A stretch of 64,000 nt of DNA from Dehalococcoidia bacterium (GCA_965207225.1 CBDBLV010000005.1:960001-1024000), one strand, 5' to 3'; positions 32,374 to 41,841 are shown, numbered from the stretch's first letter. Made by a program: numbers and translations. Notes: generated by a model not told the origin, from the sequence alone.

Positions 32374-32787
32374 TTAACGGTTTCTCTTTGTCCCGTATTT
32401 GCTCCGGCCCTGTTGCCGATTTGCTACTCCGGATGCGTCCAGAGACCCCCTTATTACGTGATACCTTACGCCCGGCAGGTCCTTCACCCTTCCCCCTTCG
32501 ATCAGCACAACCGAGTGTTCCTGGAGGTTGTGCCCTTCGCCGGGGATGTACGCCGTGACTTCCATGCCGTTGGTCAGCCTGACCCTGGCCACCTTTCTCA
32601 GCGCCGAGTTAGGCTTCTTGGGCGTCACGGTTCTTACGCGTACACAAACTCCCCTCTTCTGGGGGGAGTTGGAGTTCCGCACCTGCCTGTTTTTCAAAGT
32701 GTTGTAGGACATGCGAAGAGCCGGAGCCTTGGTCTTCTTGGTGACCTTGGTCCTGCCCTTCCTGATCAGTTGGTTGACTGTAGGCAT
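32374..32787 (-). CDS. rpsL: 30S ribosomal protein S12
   Basis: [29 protein letters not shown]. Confidence 0.98.
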   Translation of the reverse strand: MPTVNQLIRKGRTKVTKKTKAPALRMSYNTLKNRQVRNSNSPQKRGVCVRVRTVTPKKPNSALRKVARVRLTNGMEVTAYIPGEGHNLQEHSVVLIEGGRVKDLPGVRYHVIRGSLDASGVANRQQGRSKYGTKRNR

Positions 32788-32882
32788 TTCAGTCCTGTCA
32801 ACTCCTGCGCTTCGACCCGTGGCTCCGAGTCAATTGCGCGCTAATCGAATTAACGAATGACGACCTGTGGCCGCGAATGGCG

Positions 32883-32911
32883 AGTCTACCAGCACAAGGG
32901 TGGAGTGTCAA
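32883..32911 (-). promoter_or_regulatory. Sigma70-type promoter of str/S10 superoperon
   Basis: TTGACA-17 nt-TAGACT on minus strand ~95 nt upstream of rpsL. Confidence 0.75.
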
Positions 32912-33173
32912 GAGAAAAGCCCGGCTTTTGGTGCGTAATCCGCTATCCTTCCACTCGCCTGGCTAAGTAAATTGTCCGAAGTCCCCAGCCCTCGGGCCAT
33001 CCCGCAGTTTGATTAATGCAAAGCTGCTTTGTAACCTGCCGGAGAGATGTTGAGTAGATTTCCACAATTATTCTGCTGTCCAAGGTGTTTAAGGCCGGAT
33101 TGGTGGGCTACTCGACCCTGCCTGTGATATGCTTCCGGCGTATCTTCCGATGTGCTTCATCAGGAAAAAGCCA

Positions 33174-33671
33174 GTGAATGACGCCGAGAAAGAAACTCTT
33201 GACCTCGCCTACGAGATGATCGTACCCGCTTACGATTGGTCTTTACGTAGGATCGCCTCTGCTGAGAGTCGAATAGACAGACTTATCACCCTAATCGTCA
33301 TCGTGACGGTTGCGTTTCCGGTGGCAGTGATGGCTCTGGCCAAGGAGGGTTCCATATCGACATCGGCCCTTTCTCTAACTTTGGGCTCCTGTGCATTGGC
33401 CCTGGCAGTCTTTGCAGTCGGCTTTCTCATATATACGCGCGAGCTGGGACGCGTACAGTATGCGATGCCGGAAACCCTTACCCGTGAGGAACTGCTTTCA
33501 GCCGCAGCAGAAGACTTCAGAAGGGAAGTCCTGGAGCAAGCGAGAAATTCTATTCAAGAGATGAAATCAATGATCGAAAGGCGGTCCTGGCGCACGGACT
33601 GGATGACTGGAGTCTTCGGGCTGGAGGTCATATTTGGCATCACGTGGGGGGCACTTCAGTTCGTTGATTAA
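33174..33671 (+). CDS. Hypothetical 3-TM membrane protein
   Basis: Two N-proximal hydrophobic helices, charged helical linker, C-terminal hydrophobic helix; start uncertain (33129 or GTG 33174). Confidence 0.6.
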   Translation: MNDAEKETLDLAYEMIVPAYDWSLRRIASAESRIDRLITLIVIVTVAFPVAVMALAKEGSISTSALSLTLGSCALALAVFAVGFLIYTRELGRVQYAMPETLTREELLSAAAEDFRREVLEQARNSIQEMKSMIERRSWRTDWMTGVFGLEVIFGITWGALQFVD

Positions 33672-33768
33672 AGCGCCTGAGTAAACCTAAATGGCGTAAG
33701 ATCACTTCGTGCCCTGTGCATTGCTGATTCCCGCCGGCTAGGGGTGCCGGATCCGGAGCCGGCAACCT

Positions 33769-34416
33769 TCAGAAGTCTGTTGTTTCCAACCCCTCCTCCA
33801 CTCCCGACTCCACCCTCTCCGGACACTCCTCTTTCGATATCTGGCAAAAGCCGCACTCCATCGCGCTGGGGGTCTTCAGCAAAGCCTCTCCTTGGCTAAT
33901 TCTCCGAATCAACGAGGCCAGCCTATCGATGAACTGCTCATCGACGGCGGACGCAGGGATCGGCACCTCGTAGTCTCGGTATACGACCATTCCATCGAAG
34001 GCCATGTCCCTGTACTGGCCCAGGGCCCGAGGCAGGGCGTACATGTAGGTCATCACCTGGACGTGGTCCGATGCCGTGGGTTGGCCGGTCTTGACGTCGT
34101 AGATGACTCCCTTTTTCCCGGAAAGGGCGATGAGGTCAGGCTTGCCCCCGAGCGTCGCGCTGCTACCCCTCAAGGCGAACCGGTTCTGCTTTTCCACGAA
34201 GACCGTATGGCCTTCGCACTGGAGCCGGTCCCGCACCTGGTTCAGCAGCACAGTATGGTTCATCTGCCATGTCGCGCTGTCGAAATCGTCGGGCGCCCGA
34301 CGGAAGTTAGTGTAGTGGGCCCTGAACCAAGCCGCCCATTCGCACGAGTTCTCCCCGACCAGCAGCTTGGTCAGCCATGTTACCCATATATAGGGATAGT
34401 CACGCTTAGTGGTCAT
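33769..34416 (-). CDS. PD-(D/E)xK nuclease, Cas4/AddB-like
   Basis: GKPDLI..IYDVKTG..QVMTY motifs; N-terminal Cys plus C-terminal CGFCQISKEEC. Confidence 0.82.
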   Translation of the reverse strand: MTTKRDYPYIWVTWLTKLLVGENSCEWAAWFRAHYTNFRRAPDDFDSATWQMNHTVLLNQVRDRLQCEGHTVFVEKQNRFALRGSSATLGGKPDLIALSGKKGVIYDVKTGQPTASDHVQVMTYMYALPRALGQYRDMAFDGMVVYRDYEVPIPASAVDEQFIDRLASLIRRISQGEALLKTPSAMECGFCQISKEECPERVESGVEEGLETTDF

Positions 34417-34562
34417 TGCATTCCTCGCAGGTCATGATAGCAATACGCCGCCTACGGGCAAATGCCTTACGGGAATCCTTGCGAAATGAGTACGTTGAAA
34501 TGATATACTTGGCGACGAATTCCCCGCCGCAGCGGCGCACGAATTGCGGGTTCGGGGGCCGG

Positions 34563-35276
34563 ATGGACAAACTCGTAAAAGGGGCCCGAGCCCTGGGCCT
34601 GGAACTCTCCCAAGACCAGCTTCGGCAATTCCGTATCTATATGGAAAAGCTGCGAGAGTCGAACCGCAAAGCGAACCTGACAAGCATAACGACAGCGGAG
34701 GACATCCAGCTCAAGCACTTTGTAGATTCCCTTACCGTGGCCCTGATGCTGCCCTCTCCATCGCGACAGAGAATGAGGCTGCTGGACGTGGGGAGCGGGG
34801 CGGGGTTCCCGGGTGTGCCCCTGAAGATAGCAAGAGAAGACATTTCACTTGTCCTGCTGGATTCGATAGGCAAGAAGACCAGCTTCCTGGAACAGTTGGC
34901 CCGAGACTTGGACCTGGAGGATGTGACAGTGCTCAACGGCCGCGCCGAGACCCTCGCCCGCCGCCAGGACCTGCGGGAGTCCTTCGACTTCGTCGTGGCC
35001 AGGGCAGTGGCGCCCCTCTCAGCATTGCTGGAATTCACCTTGCCCTTTTGCCGGGTTGGGGGCAAGGTGGTTGCCCAGAAGGTACACACTTACACCCGAG
35101 AACCGGGGGATTTTCGCAAGGCTCTCTCGGAACTCGGGGGTGAGTTCCTGCAGGACGCCCCGGTTGAGGTTCAAGGGCTAGGCCCGGGGCGCAGACTTCT
35201 CTTATTCAAAAAGATCGCCACAACTCCCCAGAAGTATCCCCGCAGGCCCGGCCTGCCCCTTAAGCGACCTCTCTGA
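34563..35276 (+). CDS. rsmG: 16S rRNA m7G527 methyltransferase (GidB)
   Basis: NLTSIT, KHFVDSL, DVGSGAGFPG, GRAE, ARAVA, KYPRRPG. Confidence 0.95.
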   Translation: MDKLVKGARALGLELSQDQLRQFRIYMEKLRESNRKANLTSITTAEDIQLKHFVDSLTVALMLPSPSRQRMRLLDVGSGAGFPGVPLKIAREDISLVLLDSIGKKTSFLEQLARDLDLEDVTVLNGRAETLARRQDLRESFDFVVARAVAPLSALLEFTLPFCRVGGKVVAQKVHTYTREPGDFRKALSELGGEFLQDAPVEVQGLGPGRRLLLFKKIATTPQKYPRRPGLPLKRPL

Positions 35277-35277
35277 C

Positions 35278-36363
35278 ATGAAAGAACGCGAGGACATAGA
35301 GGCCAAACCGGAGGACTCGGAGCCCGAGACCTCGGAGCAGCGACAGGGCAGGAACGCCCTCACCTCGGCGTCCCTTTGTCGCCGCTTTCTGAGCGCGCGG
35401 AATGTAATCGCCCTCGCCATCGCCGGGTCTCTGATGTATTTCCTTCTGGTCCAGTTTGACCTGGACCTCGAAAGCACATGGCTGGAACTACAACGTACAG
35501 ACCCCGTCTGGTACGCCGCCGCTTTTGCAATTTACTACCTGAATTTCCCCATAAGGTCCATACGATGGCGCGTCCTGCTGGAGGACTCGGGCTGCGAAGA
35601 GATAAACGCCCCCAACAAAGTGTCCATCCTCACCCTGTCGGAGATCGGGTACTTGGGCTGGTACCTGAACTCTGTTTCCGTGTTCAGAATGGGTTTTGTT
35701 TACCGCTGCTACCAGTTGACCAGCCGACTCAAGGCGAGTCTTGCCCTCATAGTCGGGTCCCTTTTTGCCGAGCGGATCCTGGACACGGTAGTAACCTTGG
35801 GGTTGATCGGGTTTGCCGCTCTGTTCCTGCTGAGCAACTATTGGAACCCGGTGCTCACTTACATACTGCTCGGTGGTCTGGTCACGACCGTTGTCCTTGC
35901 CGGTGTGCCGATAGCCATGCTGGTTACCGGCAAAGGCATCACCCGTTTCCTCCCCGCCAAGCTTAAGGGCGGCTACGATGGCTTCAGGGAAGGCACTCTC
36001 AACAGTTTCCACCGCTGGCCCCGACTCACAGTTCTCAGCATCGCCGTCTGGTGCTGCGAGACGGCCCGGCTCCTCTTCGTAGTCTATTCTCTCGGCCTCG
36101 ACGTGGACATTTCGATAGTGGTGTTCGTAGCCCTGGGGACGTCGATTATTACCACGTTCCCCATTACACCCGGGGGCATTGGACTCGTTGAGGCGGGAAT
36201 GACGGGGGTCCTCGCCATTGTGCTTTCTCCCGAGGAGGCCTTGTCCGTGACCCTTCTCGACCGCTCCATTAACTTCCTCAGCGTCATAGGCTTGGGAAGC
36301 CTGCTTCTTCTGGCCCGAAGTGGATATTCTCTGCGTCGAGGCGCTCTTAAAGCCACCCGATAA
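35278..36363 (+). CDS. Lysylphosphatidylglycerol synthase TM domain / UPF0104 flippase-like membrane protein
   Basis: RSIRWR, ERILD, PITPGGIGLVEA, LLDR motifs; multiple TM helices. Confidence 0.85.
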   Translation: MKEREDIEAKPEDSEPETSEQRQGRNALTSASLCRRFLSARNVIALAIAGSLMYFLLVQFDLDLESTWLELQRTDPVWYAAAFAIYYLNFPIRSIRWRVLLEDSGCEEINAPNKVSILTLSEIGYLGWYLNSVSVFRMGFVYRCYQLTSRLKASLALIVGSLFAERILDTVVTLGLIGFAALFLLSNYWNPVLTYILLGGLVTTVVLAGVPIAMLVTGKGITRFLPAKLKGGYDGFREGTLNSFHRWPRLTVLSIAVWCCETARLLFVVYSLGLDVDISIVVFVALGTSIITTFPITPGGIGLVEAGMTGVLAIVLSPEEALSVTLLDRSINFLSVIGLGSLLLLARSGYSLRRGALKATR

Positions 36364-36378
36364 GTGGCTCCCTACATT

Positions 36379-36412
36379 ACAATAGGGGCCTCTGAACAAT
36401 AGGGGCCTCTGA
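36379..36412. repeat. Perfect 17-bp tandem duplication
   Basis: ACAATAGGGGCCTCTGA x2 (36379-36395, 36396-36412). Confidence 0.9.
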
Positions 36413-36524
36413 CACTGCTCTAATGCGGTTGCATGCCACGATTGCTTGAGCACATATCGAAGGAACAGACAGCATTGAGTTTGATTGACACCCGACGCGA
36501 AAGTTCGATACGGAGAAGTGCACC

Positions 36525-37466
36525 ATGAAGAAGGTTGTATTCGCAGATCTCGGGGGCATGATCCCCTTTGAGTCCGACCCCCTCGCAGATATCGCTGAGA
36601 CCAGCTACTTTTACGACCTCCCGTCCGCCGAGGATTTCGTGGCTCGGTGCCAGGGCGCCGAGGCCATCTGTTGGAGCTGGATTAACCTCACCCACGAAAT
36701 GCTCGACGCAATGCCCGACCTGAAGATGATCTGCTACTTGGGCATCGGGCCCCAGACCCAGATCGACATGAAATACGCTTGGAACAAGGGCATAACCCTG
36801 TGCAACACCCCCCACTATGGCGACGAAGCCGTTGCCGAGCACGCCATCGCCCTGATGTTCGCCCTTGCCCGAAAAGTGGTAAACGCTGACAAATCAATGC
36901 GCGAAAGCAAGTGGGAACGGTTTGGCGGGTCCGGGATCAAGGGTGCGACCATGGGCATACTGGGGCTCGGGGGCCTGGGCTCCGAGCTTGCCGCCATTGG
37001 CAACGGGCTCGGCATGAACGTGATTTGCACCACCCGAAACCCGTCCGATGAACGTGCCAAGGCCCACAACGTGGAGTTCGTTTCCCTGGACGAGTTGATG
37101 TCCCGCTCAGATTACGTCCAGCTCGCGCCCGTCCTCAACGATGACACGACGGGAATAATTGGTGAACGTGAGCTCGGCCTGATGAAGGAAGGCGCCCATC
37201 TCGTCAACGTGTCTCGGGGCCAGGTGGTGCAGCAGAACGCTTTGATCAAGGCCCTCGAGTCGGGACAGCTGGCCGGCTTCGCCACCGATGTCTATGCCGA
37301 GGAACCCGCCACCGACGAACCGCTGCGCCACTTTGAAAACGCGGTACTCACCCCCCACATCGCCTACGACACCCCCGCCGCCATCATCAACATGACCAAC
37401 ATCGCTGCGGATACGATTCGGGCCTACCTGAACGGAAGCCCGATAAATGTGCTCGGGCCGGATTAA
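36525..37466 (+). CDS. D-isomer-specific 2-hydroxyacid dehydrogenase
   Basis: AVAEH, GILGLGGLG, VNVSRG, DVYAEEP, LTPHIA catalytic residues. Confidence 0.9.
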   Translation: MKKVVFADLGGMIPFESDPLADIAETSYFYDLPSAEDFVARCQGAEAICWSWINLTHEMLDAMPDLKMICYLGIGPQTQIDMKYAWNKGITLCNTPHYGDEAVAEHAIALMFALARKVVNADKSMRESKWERFGGSGIKGATMGILGLGGLGSELAAIGNGLGMNVICTTRNPSDERAKAHNVEFVSLDELMSRSDYVQLAPVLNDDTTGIIGERELGLMKEGAHLVNVSRGQVVQQNALIKALESGQLAGFATDVYAEEPATDEPLRHFENAVLTPHIAYDTPAAIINMTNIAADTIRAYLNGSPINVLGPD

Positions 37467-37566
37467 GGGTGGATAGGTGATCAGGAATCTGCAACCGTGA
37501 GTTGAGATGGTTTCAAGCTGAGTTATCTCGATTCACCAAGTGTGAGTCCCACAAAGGGCGAGTCCA

Positions 37567-37767
37567 CTAAGCCCACAGCTTCACCACCGCCGCAATCACT
37601 GCGCCTACCATCGGAGTTAGCAGCAGTCCCAGCACCCATTTGAGGGTGCGCAACTCACCCTTAAGCTCGCTAAGGTCTGACCTCGTAGCTGTGTGTTCGT
37701 AAACGGCTTCCAGATAGGCCACGCGCTCCGCTAAACTGTCCCCAGCCCTGATTGGCTGGGGCGCCAT
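37567..37767 (-). CDS. Small coiled-coil + TM protein (DUF1640/XhlA-like)
   Basis: GGAGG RBS; ATRSDLSELKGELRTLKW followed by hydrophobic helix. Confidence 0.65.
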   Translation of the reverse strand: MAPQPIRAGDSLAERVAYLEAVYEHTATRSDLSELKGELRTLKWVLGLLLTPMVGAVIAAVVKLWA

Positions 37768-37782
37768 ACATTCAGCCTCCGC

Positions 37783-38022
37783 CTAGGCCCGTACGACATG
37801 CAGGTCCCTTAGACGTCGCATGGCCTCCGATGCCTCCTTAGCCTCTTCATCGCCTTGCTCGCCGAGTTCAGAAGCTCGCTCGATCGCTTCATCCAACTTA
37901 CTGTAATACTCGGCCTCGTTGACTCCTGCGTCATGGTCCCACGAATGCACCCAATACCTGTCAAAGGTATCCGTGCCGTCCTTCGAAGAATAATAGGAAA
38001 AGCGGTGCTTACGCTTTAGCAT
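37783..38022 (-). CDS. Hypothetical protein (79 aa)
   Basis: GGAGG RBS before ATG 38022; protein-like composition. Confidence 0.5.
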   Translation of the reverse strand: MLKRKHRFSYYSSKDGTDTFDRYWVHSWDHDAGVNEAEYYSKLDEAIERASELGEQGDEEAKEASEAMRRLRDLHVVRA

Positions 38023-38090
38023 AAGGCCTCCATGACATCCATGTTTGACATTACAATAATACAGTTGGAGTAATTGCAAGTCCAATAGTT

Positions 38091-38177
38091 TGGTGCCGAG
38101 GAAGGGGTTCGAACCCTTATGGGATTACTCCCAACGGATTTTAAGTCCGTCGCGTCTGCCAATTCCGCCACCTCGGC
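38091..38177 (-). tRNA. tRNA-Leu(TAA)
   Basis: GCCGAGG acceptor, GACTTAAAATC anticodon arm, long variable arm, GTTCGAA, encoded CCA. Confidence 0.96.
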
Positions 38178-38244
38178 CCGCATAACTTCTTCATTATAAA
38201 GAGACGCAGGCCCGATTTACCGGGCCTGCGCTCTTTCTTCCTTT

Positions 38245-38319
38245 TGGAGGCGACGGGCGGATTCGAACCGCCGATAGAGGTTTTGCAGACCCCCGCCTTA
38301 ACCACTTGGCTACGTCGCC
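38245..38319 (-). tRNA. tRNA-Cys(GCA)
   Basis: GGCGACG acceptor, CTGCAAA anticodon loop, GTTCGAATCC, TCCA end. Confidence 0.96.
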
Positions 38320-38320
38320 C

Positions 38321-38395
38321 TGGAGCGGAAGACGGGATTCGAACCCGCGACCCTCTCCTTGGCAAGGAGATGCTCTACCACTGAGCCACTTCCGC
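38321..38395 (-). tRNA. tRNA-Gly(GCC)
   Basis: GCGGAAG acceptor, TTGCCAA anticodon loop, GTTCGAATCC, TCCA end. Confidence 0.96.
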
Positions 38396-38418
38396 TTGTA
38401 TGTTGTCCTGTTAAGGTT

Positions 38419-38505
38419 TGGTGCCGAGGAGGAGATTTGAACTCCTACGAGCTTTCGCTCACTGCCCCCTCAAGACAGCGTGTCTACCGATTCCACCACC
38501 TCGGC
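38419..38505 (-). tRNA. tRNA-Leu(GAG)
   Basis: GCCGAGG acceptor, TTGAGGG anticodon loop, variable arm, GTTCAAATC, ACCA end. Confidence 0.95.
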
Positions 38506-38601
38506 AAGCAGATTTTCTCTCCTCCCTTGCTCGCCCTCGACCCCCTTATCTTGTTGCCGAGGCCGTCACGATCATATCACTCCCAGCCCGGCCTTTTCGA
38601 A

Positions 38602-38677
38602 TGGCAGGAGTGGGAGGACTCGAACCCCCGACCTGCGGTTTTGGAGACCGCTGCTCTTCCAGCTGAGCTACACTCCT
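38602..38677 (-). tRNA. tRNA-Trp(CCA)
   Basis: AGGAGTG acceptor, CTCCAAA anticodon loop, GTTCGAGTCC, GCCA end. Confidence 0.96.
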
Positions 38678-38765
38678 ACAGGGGCCTTGCAGCGAACGAT
38701 TTTACCACCACCCCCAAAATCCCGTCAAACCAAAATCTCTGTGCGAGAGCGTTTCGGTGTAGTCG

Positions 38766-40007
38766 TCAGTCGGCCTTTGCCAAGGCCAGCGTTACCTCGT
38801 AGAGAACGTCGAGTCCGGGAAGGATATCCTCCCAGTAGGTCAGCTCGTCCGGCGAGTGGCTCTTGCCCCCGACGCTCGGCACGAAGATCATGCCCGCATT
38901 GGTCACCTGCGCGATGTGCGAAGTATCGTGTACGGCCCGGCTGTAGGCGTCCATACGGTCAAGCCCCAGCTTGTCGCAGGCCGACGCAATGGCCGACTTC
39001 ACCTCCCCCGACATCTCAACCGCCGGTATGTACTCAAGGTTTTCGATGTCGAATTCCACCCCCCGTTCCAGCGCAACCGCGGTAATCATGTCGTCGATGT
39101 CCTGGATTGCGGCGTCCAATGTGGCGGGCGAGGTATCCCGGACGTCTGTGGTGAAGGTGACCTCGTTGGGCACGATGTTCATCGCGCCGGGCTTCACCTG
39201 CACGATCCCGACCGTGCACACAAGAGACCCGCTCGGGTCCCCCCGCCCGACCCGCTCTATCTCTTGGACCATGCGGGCCACGGGGACCAGCGCGTCGGTG
39301 CGTCGGTCCATGGGGGTTGCGCCTGCATGGTCGGCCACCCCGTAGACCCTGACCCGCTTGTGGCTCGACCCCGTGATGGCCTGGACTATCCCGATTGGCT
39401 TCGAGTTCTCCTCCAGCTTCCCGCTCTGCTCCACATGAAGCTCTATGAAACTCTTCACCTCGCCTTCGCGAAGCTGGATGTCTTCCGTCGTGCCCGAGGT
39501 CTCGATGCCCTTCAACGCCTCGGTTAGTGTAACCCCATCGTCATCCCTGATGTCCTTGATCTCGTCCCACTCGATCCGACCCGCCATCACAGCGCTGCCC
39601 AGGGTCCCCTTCCGAAAGCGTGCACCCTCCTCGTCGGTAAAAACCACAACCTCAATGGGGTGCAAAGTCTCGATGCCCTCGTCGTTGAGTGTGCGGACTA
39701 TCTCCAATGGGCCCATGACGCCCGTGGGGCCGTCGTAGTCCCCTCCATTGGGAACGCTGTCAATATGAGAGCCCATCATCACGATGGGCGCCCCCGGGTC
39801 CCGGTCCCGACCCTCCCTCCGCGCCCGGATGTTGCCTATAGCGTCCACCCGCACCTCCAACCCGATACTCTCCATGATCCCTATAGTCAACTCCCGGCCT
39901 TCGATGTCGGCCGGTGAAAGCGCAAACCTCGACACCCCTCCCTCCGGCACCCGGCCGATCTTCGCCAGGGCCTGCATGTCGTTTTTGAACCGTTCCAGAT
40001 TGGGCAT
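38766..40007 (-). CDS. M20 Zn-dependent hydrolase (allantoate / N-carbamoyl-amino-acid amidohydrolase family)
   Basis: GSHIDSVPNGGDYDG, FTDEEGARF, ELHVEQ, ADHAGATPM, HD, SHSPDE. Confidence 0.92.
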   Translation of the reverse strand: MPNLERFKNDMQALAKIGRVPEGGVSRFALSPADIEGRELTIGIMESIGLEVRVDAIGNIRARREGRDRDPGAPIVMMGSHIDSVPNGGDYDGPTGVMGPLEIVRTLNDEGIETLHPIEVVVFTDEEGARFRKGTLGSAVMAGRIEWDEIKDIRDDDGVTLTEALKGIETSGTTEDIQLREGEVKSFIELHVEQSGKLEENSKPIGIVQAITGSSHKRVRVYGVADHAGATPMDRRTDALVPVARMVQEIERVGRGDPSGSLVCTVGIVQVKPGAMNIVPNEVTFTTDVRDTSPATLDAAIQDIDDMITAVALERGVEFDIENLEYIPAVEMSGEVKSAIASACDKLGLDRMDAYSRAVHDTSHIAQVTNAGMIFVPSVGGKSHSPDELTYWEDILPGLDVLYEVTLALAKAD

Positions 40008-40032
40008 TGAAGAACTCTCCTAGTTGTTCTGG

Positions 40033-41703
40033 TTAAAACGAACCGTCAATAACGGCATCCACCAGCGCCGGCTTACCTGAGGCCAGCGCCCTCTCAATGG
40101 CGGGCCGGACTTCGTCACCCTTGGTGACCTGCACGCCGTCTATCCCGAGACTCTCGGCGATCCTGGCAAAGTTCAAAGCCGGACCTCCTAGGTCTACGGA
40201 ATGGAGCTTGGCCCGGGCCTCGGGGCCCAGGACGCGCATGGTGTTCAGCTTGAGTATTCGGTAGGTGGCGTTGTTGCATATGACCCAGACCACGGGAATC
40301 TGGTGGTGAGCAGCTGTCCAAAGGCCCTGTATGGAATACATGGCGTTGCCGTCGCCCACCACCCCGACCACCGGCCTGTCCGGCCAGGCGAGCTTGACCC
40401 CCATAGCCATCGGCAACGCATCCCCGAGACTGCCGTCGTTGTCCCGGACCGCCAGGTAAGACTCCGCATCCCCGAAATCGATCAGGTCCCTTAATGCCAT
40501 AGATGCGGTAATCCCGCCGTCGACTATTACCGTGTCCTCGGGAATAGCCTCCTTTAACTCCATCATGAGTCGGGAGTCCGACATCGGGTCGCTGTCCCTG
40601 CGGCTGTGAGCCCTCTCCCAGATCACCTCTCGCCTTCTCTGGTTGGAGTCTGCAATTCGTGCCGCACGCTCCCGGGCCCCGGCCTTGGCATCGCCGGTCA
40701 TCTTCTCCTCGACCGCCTTGTTCAACTCGATAAGAGCGGCCTTGATATCGGCCAGGATCCCGATGTCCGTGGGCTGGTTCTTGCCTATCTCCCAGGGGTC
40801 AGTGTCTAGGTGAATGACCTTTGAGGACGGGTTGATGATTTCGTCTGGTGTGTAAAAGAGCTGCGACACGAAATTCGCGCCGATGGACATGACCACGTCG
40901 GCGTCTTTGAGCACCTCGTGGGCCTGGGGAACGTCGGTCCACATGCCGCCCTCAAAGAGCGGATGATCAGAGGGGAAGGCGTTTTCGGCCCGGATCCGGT
41001 TCTCCGTCACCCGTGCTCCGACTAGCTCAGCCAGTTCCACAGCCTCCCCCAGCGCCCCGCACCTCGAAACCCGGAACCCGAGGAATAACACAGGGCTCTT
41101 TGCCCCGGCGAGTAACGTCGCCGCCTGGTCTATGGCTGCGGGGTCGGGCCTGAGCCCCGGGGCCACCCAAGTCGGTCTCCCGACCTCAATATCCGCCTCC
41201 CTGCTCAGCACGTCCTGGGGCAGGGAAAGGAAGGTAGGGCCCTGGGGCTGCTGGCCTGACATCTTGAATGCCCGGTGAAACATCAACGGAATGTCTTGCG
41301 GGTGCTGTACCTCGGCGCTCCACTTCGTAAAGGCCTTCGTCATCCCGACCAGGTCGCCCGACAGGCCTGGCTCCCGCTGGATGAGCCGGGTGTCCTGCTG
41401 GCCCGCAGTCACCACCATGTTGAAGTCGGCGACGTTGGCGTTGTACAGGGCGCTTATGGCGTTCGCGACACCCGGCGCGGTGTGAACGTTGACGAATCCC
41501 GTCTTCCCGGACGCCCAGGAATACCCACCCGCCATCCCCATCGCCACCGTCTCGTGAAGCGCCAGCATGTACTTGATGCGCGGGTGTTCGTAGAGGGCGT
41601 CCATAAAGACGACCTCCGTCGAGCCGGGATTCCCGAACACGTACTCGACATCATGAGCGTCAAGCACCTTCATCAGGGCGTCTATGCCTGTCATTCTGGG
41701 CAT
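40033..41703 (-). CDS. Thiamine pyrophosphate enzyme, benzoylformate decarboxylase-like
   Basis: FGNPGSTE, LHE, GDG(x~25)NN TPP motif. Confidence 0.9.
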   Translation of the reverse strand: MPRMTGIDALMKVLDAHDVEYVFGNPGSTEVVFMDALYEHPRIKYMLALHETVAMGMAGGYSWASGKTGFVNVHTAPGVANAISALYNANVADFNMVVTAGQQDTRLIQREPGLSGDLVGMTKAFTKWSAEVQHPQDIPLMFHRAFKMSGQQPQGPTFLSLPQDVLSREADIEVGRPTWVAPGLRPDPAAIDQAATLLAGAKSPVLFLGFRVSRCGALGEAVELAELVGARVTENRIRAENAFPSDHPLFEGGMWTDVPQAHEVLKDADVVMSIGANFVSQLFYTPDEIINPSSKVIHLDTDPWEIGKNQPTDIGILADIKAALIELNKAVEEKMTGDAKAGARERAARIADSNQRRREVIWERAHSRRDSDPMSDSRLMMELKEAIPEDTVIVDGGITASMALRDLIDFGDAESYLAVRDNDGSLGDALPMAMGVKLAWPDRPVVGVVGDGNAMYSIQGLWTAAHHQIPVVWVICNNATYRILKLNTMRVLGPEARAKLHSVDLGGPALNFARIAESLGIDGVQVTKGDEVRPAIERALASGKPALVDAVIDGSF

Positions 41704-41770
41704 GTGCAGTTCCTTTAATGGGACTGGGGTATCGGTGGGAATGGTAACACAGGCTTCATTACCCCTCCCG

Positions 41771-41799
41771 TTGACGCCCCTCCCCCCGCACCCTACACT
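41771..41799 (+). promoter_or_regulatory. Sigma70-type promoter of PPOX/BHMT operon
   Basis: TTGACG-17 nt-TACACT. Confidence 0.6.
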
Positions 41800-41841
41800 T
41801 TCCCCCTGCTTCTAACTGTGCAATTGAAGAGAGGTGGCCCC

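Noticed and set aside
33668-33856. 62-aa Gly-rich minus-strand ORF after the nuclease
   Set aside because: Overlaps the nuclease 3' end out of frame, low complexity, no RBS.
8376-36453. Long antisense or alternate-frame ORFs (e.g. 8376-9212, 16304-17173, 18876-19934, 29970-30851, 35488-36453)
   Set aside because: They shadow well-supported genes in GC-rich DNA and have no motifs or RBS.
38549-38566. Near copy of the tRNA-Leu 3' end (CCTCGGCAACA on minus strand) as an att site
   Set aside because: Only about 10 bp, lies upstream of tRNA-Leu rather than downstream, and no integrase is present.
38141-39085. ORFs overlapping the tRNA cluster
   Set aside because: Fully explained by five tRNA genes.
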